A stretch of 63,803 nucleotides of DNA, filler included, from Chrysochromulina tobinii (Eukaryota), in NCBI GenBank assembly GCA_001275005.1. It is 5 parts of 5 records of this genome, joined end to end, with 100 filler letters (N's around TTAATTAATTAA, not from the genome) between each part and the next. Parts side by side here need not be neighbours in the genome. Positions count along the whole stretch, not along the records: positions 1 to 22,284 come from JWZX01001370.1; 4 more parts are not named here. The stretch is one strand, 5' to 3'. Both the position numbers and the translations under genes were made by a program. Within the stretch, counting starts at the first letter, position 1; the number at the start of each line of letters is the position of its first letter. Below the pieces are notes generated by a model. That model was not told the DNA's origin, searched no databases, and worked only from the letters and a program-made list of their open reading frames with translations. Positions 1 to 11,757 of the stretch are shown one piece after another.

Positions 1-3000
1 CGAGAGGGCGGGCGAGAGGGCGGGCGAGAGGGCGGGCGAGAGGGTGGGCGAGAGGGCGGGCGAGAGGGCGGGCGAGAATCATCCCAGGTGGGGCGGAGAT
101 GAGGCGGCGCCCCCGCACGAGAATGGGGGCGCGGGTCGACGGGGGACGATGCGCGGCGTGAGGGTGGCTCTGACGAATCCCACACAGGCAGCGGGCGCGG
201 CGGCAGCCAGCCCGCCCGAGGCTGCGACGACGGGCGCGAGGAAGGGCGCGACGCAGATCGTGACGCAGGGCGTGAGCGAGCACCGGCCGAGGCATTAGTC
301 CCAAGGGAGGTGGCAGCGGTGCCAGGGGGTGCGGAGGTCGAGGTGCCAGGGGCGCTGCCATGGGTGGCGGCGGCGGCGGCGGCGTGGGAAGGGGCAGGGG
401 CAGCGTCGTTGGCGGCTGAGGCGGGGAGGGCCGTGGGGGGGCGTGAATGGAGGGTCGTGGGCGGCGGTGGCAGACGACGGTCGAGGAGGTAGCTCAGGCC
501 GGCGGCAAGGTCGGCATCCGTTGGCCCATGTGCTCGGATGTCGTCGGGAGAGAGAAGAGACTCGAGCTCCAGTCTCGCGAGCTCCACGTCCTCCTGCTCG
601 CCTGCCTGCTCGCCTGCGCCCTCGCCGCCCTCGCCGCCGCCTTGGACGCCGCCCTCACCGCCGTCGTATCCAAGCACACGGGGCATCAGCGCCGCCGCCA
701 CCTCGGCGTCCGCGGCCTCGGCGGCGGCGGCCTCCACCATCTCCTCCGCCCGCCGCACCACGGCCAGCCGGCGGCGCATCCATCGCAGCCACCCAAACCA
801 TCCGCGCAGCCGTACGAGGTAGAGCGCCGCCGCCGCCTCGCGTGCTGCCAGCCAAGGCCAGTGGGTGAGCGAGACACGCCATCGCGACCATGCGCCACCG
901 AGCGCCGTGCACGCGGCGTGTACGGGCGCCGCATACGAGTGCAGCATCGCATAGTACACCGCGTGCCGCCAGCGCGTCACCACTCGGCGCAGCGCGCCTC
1001 GTCGACTATGGCCGCGGCTCGCTTGCCACAGCGCGTCGAACGCCTTGGAGCGCTCAACCTGGTCGACTATCGCCTCGAGCGCCGCGCGAACGCGTGCGCC
1101 GTGGCCAAAGCTACTCAGCACGTGCACCGCCTTCCGCTCCGCCGCGTGCACCCGGAGCGTGCCGCATGCCCGGCGCAGTGCCCGTTGTCGCCCGCGCACC
1201 GCAGCGTGCCGAGTGGCCGTCGCGTCGCGCGCGCTGACCAGCTCACGCCACGCGCTGAGATTGGCACGTACCCAACTCAGCCGGCGCGCCCGCGCGACGT
1301 CCCGACATGCTTGCATCGCCTCGAGCCCGCGCCGGAGCGGGTGCCGGCGACGATGGCGCTCGGCGAGCGCCGCGAGCGCCATGGACGTGCGCAGCGCGGC
1401 CGGCCGGGCGCCGAGGGCGGCGAGGCCCGTGCGCAGGGCGGCCTGCGTGCGTCGTGTGATTGTGGCGCGCAGAAAGGCGCGCGCGTGCACATGGGCGCGC
1501 CAGCAGCCGAGGACGCGCGTACCGATCGTCGTGCGCCAGAGTGTGTCTGCGGCCCGCTCGGCGATCCGTACCCGGCGCTCGGCGCGTGCCTCATACATGC
1601 AGAGCGTCCACGTGTCGTACAGGCGGCGCACGAGACGCCAGAGCAAGCCACCCTCGCCCAACGCGATCGCGTGCGCGTGGAAGGTGGCACACAGGCTGAA
1701 CACGCGGCGCATCACGCACCGCGCATCGTAACGGTTCCGCCATCGAGCGAGCCGCCTCGCTCGCTCATGATGCGCGCGAGCCTGCGCAGCCGCCGCCCCC
1801 TTTGCAGCCAGTGAGCGATCCCACGAACGCCAGCTGAACCATACTGCCACCGCGCGCTGGCACATAAGCCGTGCGAGGGCAAGGCGCGCGCCGCTCAGCG
1901 TGCGCCGACGCGCGCGCCCCTCTCGCTCCGCCACGCACAGCGCCACCATCGCCACCGAGAGCGCATTCTGACGAAACTGGCTGCTGGCCGCTTCGGCGGC
2001 GAAGGCATGCCACTTGCGGTGCTCAGCACGCCACGCGAGCCATGCACGCGAGCTCCGACGCTGTTCCGCGACGCGCCCGAGTACGGTGACGAAGGCGGCG
2101 CGCGCGCCAATCACGTGGCATGTGTGCGCGTGGAGCGCGGCGAGCACGCGGCGGCTCATCGCATGTGCAGCGATGGCGGCGAGGGCGCGGTGCGCGCGAC
2201 GGCACGCGAGGGCTTGGCGCCAGCACTGCCATGCCACCACACGCCGCCGGAGGGGCAGCACCGTGGCCGACAAGTACGGCGCCGCGGGGGGCGGTCGCTG
2301 CCACACCCGAGTCAGCAGAGAGATACCCGACACGGGCGCCGCCACATCGAGCGCCGCCGTGAGCGCGTCCGTCGCCTCGAGCCGCACACGGGCCGCGGGT
2401 GAGGCGGGCAGCGAGCAGGGCGGGCGAGGGGGCGGGCGGGGGGGGGCGACCGAGGGCGCTAGCCGCGCCGGTCGAGGTGGCATCGGCATCATCGCAAAGA
2501 AGAGCCCGCCGCCTTCGGCCGCATTGTGAGCACCTCCACCGCCCTTGGCGGCGGGACGCTTGTTCAATTTGCGTGACTGCCGGCCGCGCTGGAACGCTTG
2601 CACCTTGAGCGCGCTCGCGTCCAGGAATGCTCCGAGAGAGGCCTCGTCCATCGACGCCAAGGCACGCTGGATCGACCCCTGCCTCGCATGCAAGTGCTCA
2701 TCACGGCGCCCCAAGGCACGCTGGATCGCCCCCTGCCTCGCATGCAAGTGCTCATCGCGGCGCCCCGCCCCTCCCTTGAGAGGTGGGCTGGGTGCATGCG
2801 CCGCTTGTATGCTGCTTACAACTTGCTCGTCCATCACGGCGTCGGAACGCCTGCTGGCTGAGGTGGCCGCTATCTGCTCGCCCTTCATGGCCTTGGCAGC
2901 CCTACGCTCCGGCTCCGCTGCCGGCGCCGCGTCCGTTGATGCTGCAGCTGCGATCATTGCGGCAGCGGCGCTCGCCGCCGCCGCCGTGATCGCCACGGGC

Positions 3001-4671
3001 CTGACGCTGCTGCCGCGCGCGGCGGGCGCGCCAACGTGTTTGACAGGCTAAGAGGCTCGTCACCAGCGAGGCTCGTCTGCCGAGGCCGCCGCCGCCGCCG
3101 CCGCCGCCGCTGCCGCCGCTGCCGCCACTGCCGCCGCCAGACGAGCCTCGCCCGAGGCTCGCCCACAGACTAGTCCCGAGACTTGAGCCGAGCTTTTTGC
3201 GGCGGGCGACGAGCCCGCGCCATGCACGCACATGCGCGCTCAGGACGGCGCGACCGTGGAGCTGCCGTGCGGCAAGGGTCGCCTGCTGCCACTGGGCACT
3301 CGCCGTTATGCGCTCGAGCAGCCGCCCCCATGCGTGGCCGAGCGAGAGCCGCCGCCAGTAGCGCGCCGCCAGCCGCCGAGCGCGCGTCTCCGAGCGCGTA
3401 TGTTGAGCCCACCAGCCCAGCGCTCTGTGGGAAGTGCGCACGCGCGCAGCGGCGGCGGCGCGCTCGCCACGGCGCACAAGCTCTGGCGGCGTCACGAGCG
3501 TCACAAGCGCCTCCCATACCGCTCGCAGCAGCTCACGCAGCAGCGGCATCGCCATCTGGCTCACGAAAGCGCGTCGCTGCCGACGCGCGCCGGCATGCAA
3601 GCTGAGCGCGAGCAGCGCGGCGCGCACGAGGTACTTGGCGCGCAGGGTGGAGATGAGAGACCATTTGAAGGCGCTCCCCTCCCACGCACCGCCGCTCACT
3701 CCCTCGCCCACGCCGCCGCCTCGCAGCTGCTCCTCCGCCGCTGCGCCCAGCTCCCGCGCACGCCCGATGCACTCTCGTAGCTGCCGTTGGCCAATAGTGA
3801 GGCTGCGCACGAGGTGCGCGCGCGCGGCACGAAGCTGGTGGACGGTGAGCCAGTCATCGGGCAGCGGCAGCGGAGGGGTTGCTGCCAGCTCCGACACGTC
3901 CCACGCCGTTGCCGCCGCTGCCGCCGCCGATGCCGCCGACGTCGCCGCCGACGCCGCCGCAGATGCCAGTCGCTGCTCCCTATCTGCGGCCTCGGCCGCG
4001 GCGATCGTGGCTTCCTTGCGCGCGGCCAGGGCGAGGGCGCGCTGCTCGGCCGCGCGGCGATCCACCTTGGTAGTCGTGACCTGCTGCGCCGTAGTCCGTC
4101 CGCTCTCGGCTCGGAAGCTGACACCTCGGCTGCTGACACCTCGGCTGCCGCCACCACGGCCGCCACCTCCTCGGCTGCCGCCGCAACTCGCGCGGCCTTG
4201 GATGCCGACGTTGAGATCGCGGCGGTGGCTGATGGCGGCGTCCGTTGCATATGGTGGCTCTGCAGCAGGCGATGGTCGTGATGGTGCAAACGGTGGTGCC
4301 TGGGGTCGCGGCAGCGGCGTCGGCGCAACTTCCGTGGGGTGCGGTGGCAAGGAACCTGACAGTGGCGCGAGGGTGCTGCTGGGTACGGGCGGCGAGAGTC
4401 GCGGCTGACTCTCGTCCTCGTCGCCATGCTCGAAGACTGGCGATAAGCTCGCAGCAGCAGCAGCAGCTCCTGCTGCTGCTCCTAGGTGCGAGCGAGGCCG
4501 CGGCGGCGGCTTCGGAAGAGGAGTCGGCAGCAGGGTGGAAGGAGCGGAGGCAGGCGCTGCTGCAGGCCCTGCTAGTGGAGTGGCTTGTATCTGCACGCGC
4601 GGTGGCGCGCCCAGCGACTGCAAGAAGGAACGCACCTCCGCGACATGATTTGCGGAGGCCGAGACCGCCAT
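1..4671 (-). CDS. Large Sfi1-like (Trp/Arg-rich helical repeat) and IQ-motif protein; 3' end runs off the window; one apparent +1 frameshift near 2998
   Basis: ORF 2902..4671 continues, after removing one base in the GGG at ~2997-2999, into a frame that appears open to base 1. It has periodic W residues (ALGWWAQH..YWRRLSLGHAWGRL, RAWLAWRAEH, VTRWRHAV) and IQ-like motifs (ACQTRWRARRAR, LKVQAFQRGRQSR). The C-terminus is (RPPS)n, encoded by the 12-nt repeat at 1-76. Confidence 0.6.
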
Positions 4672-5117
4672 TCTGACTCGCCTTTTTGTTGGCGAAGGTC
4701 GTCCCTCGGGCCAGTCGGCGGTCCTGAAAGAGGCGTGGTCCTACTTGCAAAAAATGTAAGCACGTTGCGCCGCCCCTGCCGCCGCCCGCGCCGCCAACAC
4801 CCTCGCCGCCGCCACCCTCGCCGCCAGCCTCCCCGCCGCCTTCGTCCCCGCCCCCGCCATCGCCCCCGCCCTAACCTCCGTCCCCGCCCCCGCCATCGCC
4901 AACTTCACCGCCGCCCCTGGCTGCAGCGCGGTGCATTGAGCGCACGCGCCTCCACGTCTGTTGCCTGAGGGCCTGAGGGCCGTGCCCGCGTGCGCGCGCG
5001 CATGCGAAGCGGCAGCTGCGCGCGATGCCTTGCCGCACCGCAGCAACCCTCTCTCGTTCACCTTGTCTTCGTTCTGCTCGTCTGTGCTTCGCAGCACCTT
5101 CACCTTCTGCTCGTCTG

Positions 5118-8100
5118 ATGCCCTCGGACGATTCGGGCGTCGGCGCCCCGCCGCAAGGCTGGCGTGTGCACCGCGACGAGGCGCGCAACGGCCGCCAGGA
5201 CACATACTTTGTGAGCAGCCGCGGCCGCAAGCTGCGCACGATCAACGAGGTGCACCAGCATCTGAAGCATGAAATCAAGGAGGCGAATTGCAATGAGGAC
5301 GAGGCTCTCTGGCTGCGCACGCTGGAGCGCTACGGCCAGAACTGCCGGCACTGGGCCATCGCCAAGGAGGCCACCGACCTGCCCGAGTGCCCTGTCTTCC
5401 GGCCGACGGCTGCCGAGTTTAGCGAGCCTGGCCGGTACTTCCAGTCGATCATGCCGCAGATGGAGCCGTACGGGATGTGCAAGGTGGTGCCACCGCCGGG
5501 CTGGACGCCGCATCCCTGGTCGGGCCACATGCCCAAGGGCTTCACCGAGCGCTCCGTGATCACGAGCAGAATGCGCGTCGAGGACGTGGTGCGCGCGCTC
5601 TCGCCGACCGCGGACGGCTCGGAGCCGAGGCTCGCGCCGCGCGTGCAGCCACTGCAGCTCTTCAACCGTGGCTTTGAACAGTGCGACGATGCGCGCCTCA
5701 CCGTCGACGAGTACCGCGCCCTCTCGGCCGCCACCTGGCCAGACGAGCCCTGTTCACTCGCCGAGGTCGAGCGACGCTTCTGGGCGCTGATGGCGCAGCG
5801 ACCCACGCAGGCGGGGGTGGGGGCTCTCGAGGTGAGCGGCCTCGAGGCGGCGCGGCTGCGCATGGAGGCGCGCCACTACCAGGAGCGCGTCGCCAGCCAG
5901 CAGCAGCCGCCGCCGCCCGCCGCCGGCATCCCGCACCCCGCCGCTACCGGCCTGTTGGCGACGGTGCTGTCAGCGGTGCCCTGGGAGATGCGCGAGGCGC
6001 CACCCGTGCTCGCTCGTCCTCTTGGGAGGTGTCAGCCGCCCCCGCCCCCGCCACCCGCGCCCGCGCCGCCCGAGAGCCTCGGCAGTGGCGCCGTGCGTCT
6101 ACCGCCCGGTGGCGCCGTGCGCCTACCGCCTGGTTTCATCCCGGCCGCCGGCGTCAGGGCGAGCGGCAAGATCCCGTTTGTGCCCTCGTCTATAGCCGCA
6201 GCGCCAGTGCCCGGCACAGCGCCCGCTCCCCTGGCCGGGGCGATGGCGGCAGCGCCACTTTCCGCCGCCGTGCCGACCACCACGCCGGCCGCGCCGGCTG
6301 CACCCGCAGTGCGCCCACCGTCGAGCGAATCGCCGATCTCGCCGCCCTCGTCGCCGCCGCCCGAGGGAGAGGCACCCGAGGGAGAGGCACACGAGGCAGG
6401 GGCGAGCGAAGGGCCGGTGGCCGAGGGCGCCGCCACCGCCGATGCCGGCGCCGATCTCAATGTGATCGACCATCCGATGCCGGAGGCGCCACCGCCGCCC
6501 GCCGTCGCCGTTGCCGCCGCCTCATCTGCCGCCGCCACCGCCGCCGCCACCGCTGCCGCCACCGCTGCAGCCGCTCCCACCTACGCAGAGGCAGCGTTCG
6601 TCGAGGGGAGCGCCGTCGTGGTGCACGACGTACAGAGTCGTCCGGAGCTCAACGGTCTACGCGGCACAGTCCTCTCTGTCGACGCTGCGCGCAAGCGATA
6701 CAATGTGCGTCTCATCGGCTGGCCCAAAGTCCTCGCGCTTCGGCATGCCAACCTGCGCCCACTCAATGCCACTGAGGCCGCCGCACACACTGCTGTCGCG
6801 CGAACCGCCGCGCCCTCTGCCGCCGCGCCTAAGGCTGGGCCCTCTGCCGCCGCGCCTAAGGCTGGGCCCTCTGCCGCCGCGACCACCGCCGCGTCTAGGG
6901 CTGGGCCCTCTGCCGCCGCGACCACCGCTGCGCCTAGGGCTGGGCCCTCTGCCGCTTCCGCCGGGGCGGCCGGCGGCACGCATGCGTTGCCACCGCGAGC
7001 CCAGTCTGCCGCGGCCGGCGGCAGCGGCGGGTGCGCGCCCCCCCTCGAGCGCCTCGAGAGCGGCGCGAGCGACACGGGAGCTCAACACAGCGCGAGCGAC
7101 AAGGTAGCGGGCGGCAAGCGCAAGCTCGGTCAGTGCGACACGCCTGGATGCGATCAGAGCCGCTATCACCTCGGCCCATGCTCGGGCGAGCTCTCGAGCA
7201 AGGCGCGCGCCATCTCGAAGAAGAACTACAAGATCCTCGCCGACGAGGAGGAAGAGGCCGACCTGACCCCAATGTATGAGCGAAGCAGCCAACGGCGCTC
7301 GCACGTGCTCGAAAGTGCGGCTGAGGACGCCGCAGCCGGCGCGGGCGCCGGCAGTGGGTGCTCGGCGACGGTGCGCGCGTTCGAGGCGCTCATCGAGCGC
7401 GAGGGCGGGGTGCCGTGCGCGCTCTACGCGTCCGACGTGACGTATGAGGGGCCGATGCCGCCTGCGGACTCGCTGCGTGGTGAGGTGACCGCGACGCAGA
7501 CGCGCTCGGGCATCTTGGACTCGCTGCTGCGTGCCTCGCTGCTGCGCTTCTCGCCCCTCATCCCTGGGGTCAACTACCCGATGACGTACGTGGGCTCGCG
7601 CAACACATTCTTCTGCTGGCACGTGGAGGACAACCACCTGTACGCGACCAACTACCTCGTCGCAGGCGAACCCAAGGTCTGGTACGGCGTGCCGCCCTCG
7701 CACAAGCAAGAGATGGAGACGGTGTGGAATGCTATCTTCCCCGCGCTCTTCCAGCGACACCCGGACCTGCACTACTGGAAGACGTGCATCTTCTCCCCCG
7801 CGGTCCTTCGTGCCTTTGGCGTGCCCGTCTACCGGTGCGTCGCCGAGCCGGGCACCTTCATGTTCACCTCACCCGCCGCCTACCACTCGGGCTTCAACGT
7901 CGGCTTCAACGTGGCCGAATCGGTCAACTTCGCGTTTGCCGACTGGTTGCCCGTGGGTGCCGCTTGCCTGCAGCGCTACCGCTCGCCGCCCACGCGCGAC
8001 ACGACCCTTCTGCACGAGGCTCTCGTGTGCACTGCCGCCCAGCATGCCCACCCGCACGAGCTAGGCGCCCTCGTGAGCGAGCTGCGTCGGCTGCTGCACG

Positions 8101-9173
8101 CCGAACGCCTCGCCCGAGAGGCTGTCCGGCGTGCCGGGGTGCGCGTGCCGCCCGAACCCACTTTCCTCGACGGCGCGCCGGCCGGCGAAGGCGAAGGCAA
8201 GCCCTCGTTCGCCTATACTTGGTCGGACGGCGCGGACGACTCGGCCTACTTTTTCCGCTGGCGCTGCCGTGTGTGCCGCCACCTGTGCTATTTCTCGGTC
8301 GTGCAATGCGGCTGCGCGAACGACGCCTTCTTGTGCCCCGAGCACGCGCTGCACACGCACGCCGACGACGACTCCTCGCTCCCTGCCTCGTACATCCATC
8401 TCGATGAAGACCCCGAGGGTGCCATCCGCGTCGCTTCCGCCACCGAGGGCCGTGCCCTCTCCACAGCGGGCGCGCGCGCCGGCGGACTCGGCGGAGGCTC
8501 CGCATGGCCTCTGCCGCCCGCCGCGCCGCCCTTAGTCAGCCCGCCAACCTCGCCGCCCTCCTCGCCGCCCGGTGATGGCGCTGACGATGCTGCACACCAC
8601 GGCGCTGACGATGCTGCCCAAGACGGCGCTGACGATGCCCCCATGGCACACGTGCCGCCTCCAGCGGGCGCGCCCACCACGGCGCCGCACGATGGCACGG
8701 CACCGCCGCCACCCGCTGTCCTCCCTCCCGCAGCCGCGCCGACCGCACCGGCCGCGCCGGCCGCGCCGACCGCGCCGACTCCCTCCGCTTCTGCGCCGGA
8801 GCTGCAAGTGGTGCGCTTTCCCTGTAGCGAGTGCGGCAAGCGGCTCAAGGCGCGCGTGCCGGCGGGCACCCGAAAGATCTCAACGACGTGCACCTCGTGC
8901 CACGCGCAGATCACGGCGAGCGTCTTCGTGGGCGGCGCGGGCCAGGAGGGCCAGGCAGGCCGCGCGCGCCAAAAGGCGGGTGGGCCGACGGCGAATCGTC
9001 GTGTGGGGCGCATGATGGGCGGAGCGCCCATGGCTGACGATGACGACACCGACAGCTGCTCGGGCCGGTGCAACTGCTCGGCAGGCCGGCGCCGCCTCAT
9101 CGTGCGCCACCCGCTCCAGCAGCTCGAGCTACTCATTGACGAAAGCGCCGCCCGCCTGCCTCCGGCCGCCTAG
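5118..9173 (+). CDS. KDM5/JARID-like JmjN-JmjC histone demethylase with N-terminal MBD-like domain and split C5HC2 zinc finger
   Basis: MBD-like PPQGWRVHRDEARNGRQDTYFVSSRGRKLRTINEV; JmjN PECPVFRPTAAEFSEP..YGMCKVVPPPGW; JmjC FCWHVEDNHLY..AYHSGFNVGFNVAESVNFA with HxE..H Fe ligands; CRVCRHLCYFSVVQCGC..LCPEH. The likely ATG is 5118, in frame with ORF 5025..9173. Confidence 0.9.
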   Translation: MPSDDSGVGAPPQGWRVHRDEARNGRQDTYFVSSRGRKLRTINEVHQHLKHEIKEANCNEDEALWLRTLERYGQNCRHWAIAKEATDLPECPVFRPTAAEFSEPGRYFQSIMPQMEPYGMCKVVPPPGWTPHPWSGHMPKGFTERSVITSRMRVEDVVRALSPTADGSEPRLAPRVQPLQLFNRGFEQCDDARLTVDEYRALSAATWPDEPCSLAEVERRFWALMAQRPTQAGVGALEVSGLEAARLRMEARHYQERVASQQQPPPPAAGIPHPAATGLLATVLSAVPWEMREAPPVLARPLGRCQPPPPPPPAPAPPESLGSGAVRLPPGGAVRLPPGFIPAAGVRASGKIPFVPSSIAAAPVPGTAPAPLAGAMAAAPLSAAVPTTTPAAPAAPAVRPPSSESPISPPSSPPPEGEAPEGEAHEAGASEGPVAEGAATADAGADLNVIDHPMPEAPPPPAVAVAAASSAAATAAATAAATAAAAPTYAEAAFVEGSAVVVHDVQSRPELNGLRGTVLSVDAARKRYNVRLIGWPKVLALRHANLRPLNATEAAAHTAVARTAAPSAAAPKAGPSAAAPKAGPSAAATTAASRAGPSAAATTAAPRAGPSAASAGAAGGTHALPPRAQSAAAGGSGGCAPPLERLESGASDTGAQHSASDKVAGGKRKLGQCDTPGCDQSRYHLGPCSGELSSKARAISKKNYKILADEEEEADLTPMYERSSQRRSHVLESAAEDAAAGAGAGSGCSATVRAFEALIEREGGVPCALYASDVTYEGPMPPADSLRGEVTATQTRSGILDSLLRASLLRFSPLIPGVNYPMTYVGSRNTFFCWHVEDNHLYATNYLVAGEPKVWYGVPPSHKQEMETVWNAIFPALFQRHPDLHYWKTCIFSPAVLRAFGVPVYRCVAEPGTFMFTSPAAYHSGFNVGFNVAESVNFAFADWLPVGAACLQRYRSPPTRDTTLLHEALVCTAAQHAHPHELGALVSELRRLLHAERLAREAVRRAGVRVPPEPTFLDGAPAGEGEGKPSFAYTWSDGADDSAYFFRWRCRVCRHLCYFSVVQCGCANDAFLCPEHALHTHADDDSSLPASYIHLDEDPEGAIRVASATEGRALSTAGARAGGLGGGSAWPLPPAAPPLVSPPTSPPSSPPGDGADDAAHHGADDAAQDGADDAPMAHVPPPAGAPTTAPHDGTAPPPPAVLPPAAAPTAPAAPAAPTAPTPSASAPELQVVRFPCSECGKRLKARVPAGTRKISTTCTSCHAQITASVFVGGAGQEGQAGRARQKAGGPTANRRVGRMMGGAPMADDDDTDSCSGRCNCSAGRRRLIVRHPLQQLELLIDESAARLPPAA

Positions 9174-10002
9174 CCCTATAGACGTCATCGACGTCGAGCA
9201 GCGCGGGCGCGCGCAGGTACACTGACGTCACGGTCTGTAGAGCAGTCGTGTGCCTGGCCGGGATGGTAAGGGGCGGGGTGGAAGCGCTCATAGCACATCC
9301 GCACGTCGCCTGAAAAAGTGTTCTCCTTGTTATCGAGTTGCGATGCGGTGTGTCCCAGATTGCGTGTGCCGAGGTGGAGAGATCAGAGATTCGACGCACC
9401 ACATTCGGAGTCGCTTGTAAAGTCGAAATAAGTTTAGTTCCCGTAGTTGGCTGTTATCGAATGGGCCGATGCGCAAAGTTCGGGTGTTCGACCGCGGCCC
9501 GCGGTGCCCGCGCGCGTTCGGCGGTTGGCCAATGGCCATCCGGTCCCACACGACAAACGCGCGCGCGGAAACGCAGACGAGGCGCGTCAGGGGACGGTCG
9601 CCCAAGGCCCAACCGGAACCGCACGGAGAGGCAGGAGCGAGGAGGCGAGGGCCACAGCCTACAGCCCTACACTGACACGAGTGTCCTTCGAGTGTCCCAC
9701 CATGCCGCCCAGCCGAGAGAGCCGTGGGCATGGCCGGTCAACGTTGCGTTCAGTCGTCCTGATAACCACCAAACCAGATCGAGGCGCAGATGTACCGCAG
9801 ATGTACCGGGTACGCCGGCATAGAGGATAGAGGCCCCAACCCCCGTGGCCATGCAAACTTGTCAAGTCAAACAGCCTCGCCATGTCGTCAATTGCGACCC
9901 ACGCTCCATGGTTGGGCCTTAGTTGGGACGTAGTTGAGAGGACGTCGAGCACCCTTTGTTGTTTTTCCTGTTCACAGCAACACACTGTGAAGCGCCCTTA
10001 CG

Positions 10003-11229
10003 ATGGCTGCCTCGTCCTACGAGCCGCTCTCAACCTTCTCGACGGACTTTGCCGCGGACTACAATGCCTCAAGAGTAGAACTCTACGTTGAGCGCCAGCA
10101 GACGAGCACCTGGCACACGCTCATCGCGCTACCAAACGCGCCCGCCGTCACTGCCACCGTAGAGCCCAGCAATAGTACCACCGTCGGCTATGAGTCATTC
10201 TACGTCGCGTCGCTCGCCAACCGGATGGACGCATTGCACTCGACCGGCGCTGCCATCGGCATCGAGCGGCTGGCCGATGGCCAGGTTGCCTACGCGCTGC
10301 GTGCGGCGCACGTCGCCGGCTATCTGTTCGTGTGCTCGCGCGCTCCATCCACCGCCCTCGACATGAACTTGCCGTATCGCGCGGAGGCGCGCGTGCGCGT
10401 GAGCCGAGCTGGCTGGAGCGCGACGACGAATGCGGCGGAGCTGCGTGCGTGGGCCGACCTCCACGACCTCGACGGCAAGCGCCAGATCTCGCTACTGCCC
10501 GGCTGCGCCGACGTGGTCACACCCGCCACCGTCGCTGGGCTCTGGGAAAGCGGAGGCGGCGGCGGCGGCGCGATCACTTGGCGCACTCTCTCGACGCCCC
10601 TCGGCCTACCCGCAGCGGGCGAGCGCACGCGTGTGTGTGTTGGCGTGCAGTCCGCTGCCTCAGATGTCGAGTCAGGCTCGCCGCTCGTTCATGTCGAGGC
10701 CCTTTTGCTGGTGAGCGACGAGCGGCCCGCGAGCGGACCCGCCTGTGCACCCTCGGCCGCGCTGACCGCCGTTGAGGACCTCGGCTCGTTGGTATGGCGC
10801 CCACCAACCCCATCCTCAAGCGGCATGTCGCAGACCAGTCAGCTGGCTTCACACACAACCGAGGTGGCGGGCATGGGCGTCGTCGCGGGCATGGGCGTCG
10901 TAGGCGCCGTTTTTGGCATAGGGCTGCTTGCCGGCCTCGCCTGGCTGCTGCGAATGCGCGACGAGGGTACGTTGCCGCCGCGCACACGCATGCACGATGA
11001 GGACGAGGGGCGGCCGCTCACGCCCGAGCGACTCCCCAGCCACCGCTCACATACCCCCAGCCGTGGTGGCGCAGCTGGCCAGTTAGGCGAGCGCGGCAGC
11101 AGCGGGCGCGGCAGCGGCAAGGGGCGGGCGCCGCGAGGCGGCGAGGCGACGGATACGATCGAGAGCACACACGCCGCCATCGAGGTGATGAGCATCGGGG
11201 GCAATCCCAAGAGCAGAACTAGCTGCTAG
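10003..11229 (+). CDS. Hypothetical single-pass membrane protein (start uncertain)
   Basis: 408-aa ORF with a globular N-terminal region and a hydrophobic segment VVGAVFGIGLLAGLAWLL followed by basic residues. Confidence 0.6.
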   Translation: MAASSYEPLSTFSTDFAADYNASRVELYVERQQTSTWHTLIALPNAPAVTATVEPSNSTTVGYESFYVASLANRMDALHSTGAAIGIERLADGQVAYALRAAHVAGYLFVCSRAPSTALDMNLPYRAEARVRVSRAGWSATTNAAELRAWADLHDLDGKRQISLLPGCADVVTPATVAGLWESGGGGGGAITWRTLSTPLGLPAAGERTRVCVGVQSAASDVESGSPLVHVEALLLVSDERPASGPACAPSAALTAVEDLGSLVWRPPTPSSSGMSQTSQLASHTTEVAGMGVVAGMGVVGAVFGIGLLAGLAWLLRMRDEGTLPPRTRMHDEDEGRPLTPERLPSHRSHTPSRGGAAGQLGERGSSGRGSGKGRAPRGGEATDTIESTHAAIEVMSIGGNPKSRTSC

Positions 11230-11757
11230 GGCCTGTGGCGGTGGAGGCAACAACCCGATGGTCGCGCGGAGTCGCAGCAGAGGCGTCAGGCTCAGACCTC
11301 AGCAGGCCGGCCTTGGTCGAAAGTTATAGAGCTGGGCATGCTATCTCGTATCTGTGTTTTTTTCTGGCCATGCGACATTACATCTTGGCACATCTAAAAA
11401 AGAGGGGGGATGGGCCTCCACAGTCCACACGGTTGAACACAAGAGAACAGGTCCCCCCGGGAGAGGGCGGCGGCGCACCTCACGCTGCTAACCACTGACC
11501 CCATCGCCCACTCCTGGCAACACGTGGCACGGCTCCGATGCCGTATCCAATACGAAACACGAGCGCTGCCGAAACCCTGCCTCCGATTCCCTCCGAATCC
11601 CACGCAGGCGGCCCACGCTGGACGAATCTGGCCGCGTTCTCCCTCCCCCCCTGCCCTTCTCCTCTTCTCCCGCCGTCCTGGCTGCTCGACTGAGCGTGAC
11701 CTGCGACACGTGTAGGGAAAGGGACGCGCGCGCGGCTCCAGACCGCCAGCTGCGTCT

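Noticed and set aside
2803..2816. GCTTGTATGCTGCT match to the end of repeat A
   Set aside because: An isolated 14-mer; such matches are expected by chance in a window this size.
2990..3005. Programmed frameshifting (also ~63190, ~63460)
   Set aside because: The extra bases fall in homopolymer or CG runs without slippery-site or stimulator features; assembly error is more parsimonious.
44..4968. Numerous long + strand and overlapping ORFs (here and throughout)
   Set aside because: Antisense or off-frame shadows of GC-rich genes, with Arg/Ala/Pro-biased nonsense translations.
9659..9985. HAD-like WVAIDD motif ORF
   Set aside because: Short, with no other HAD motifs.
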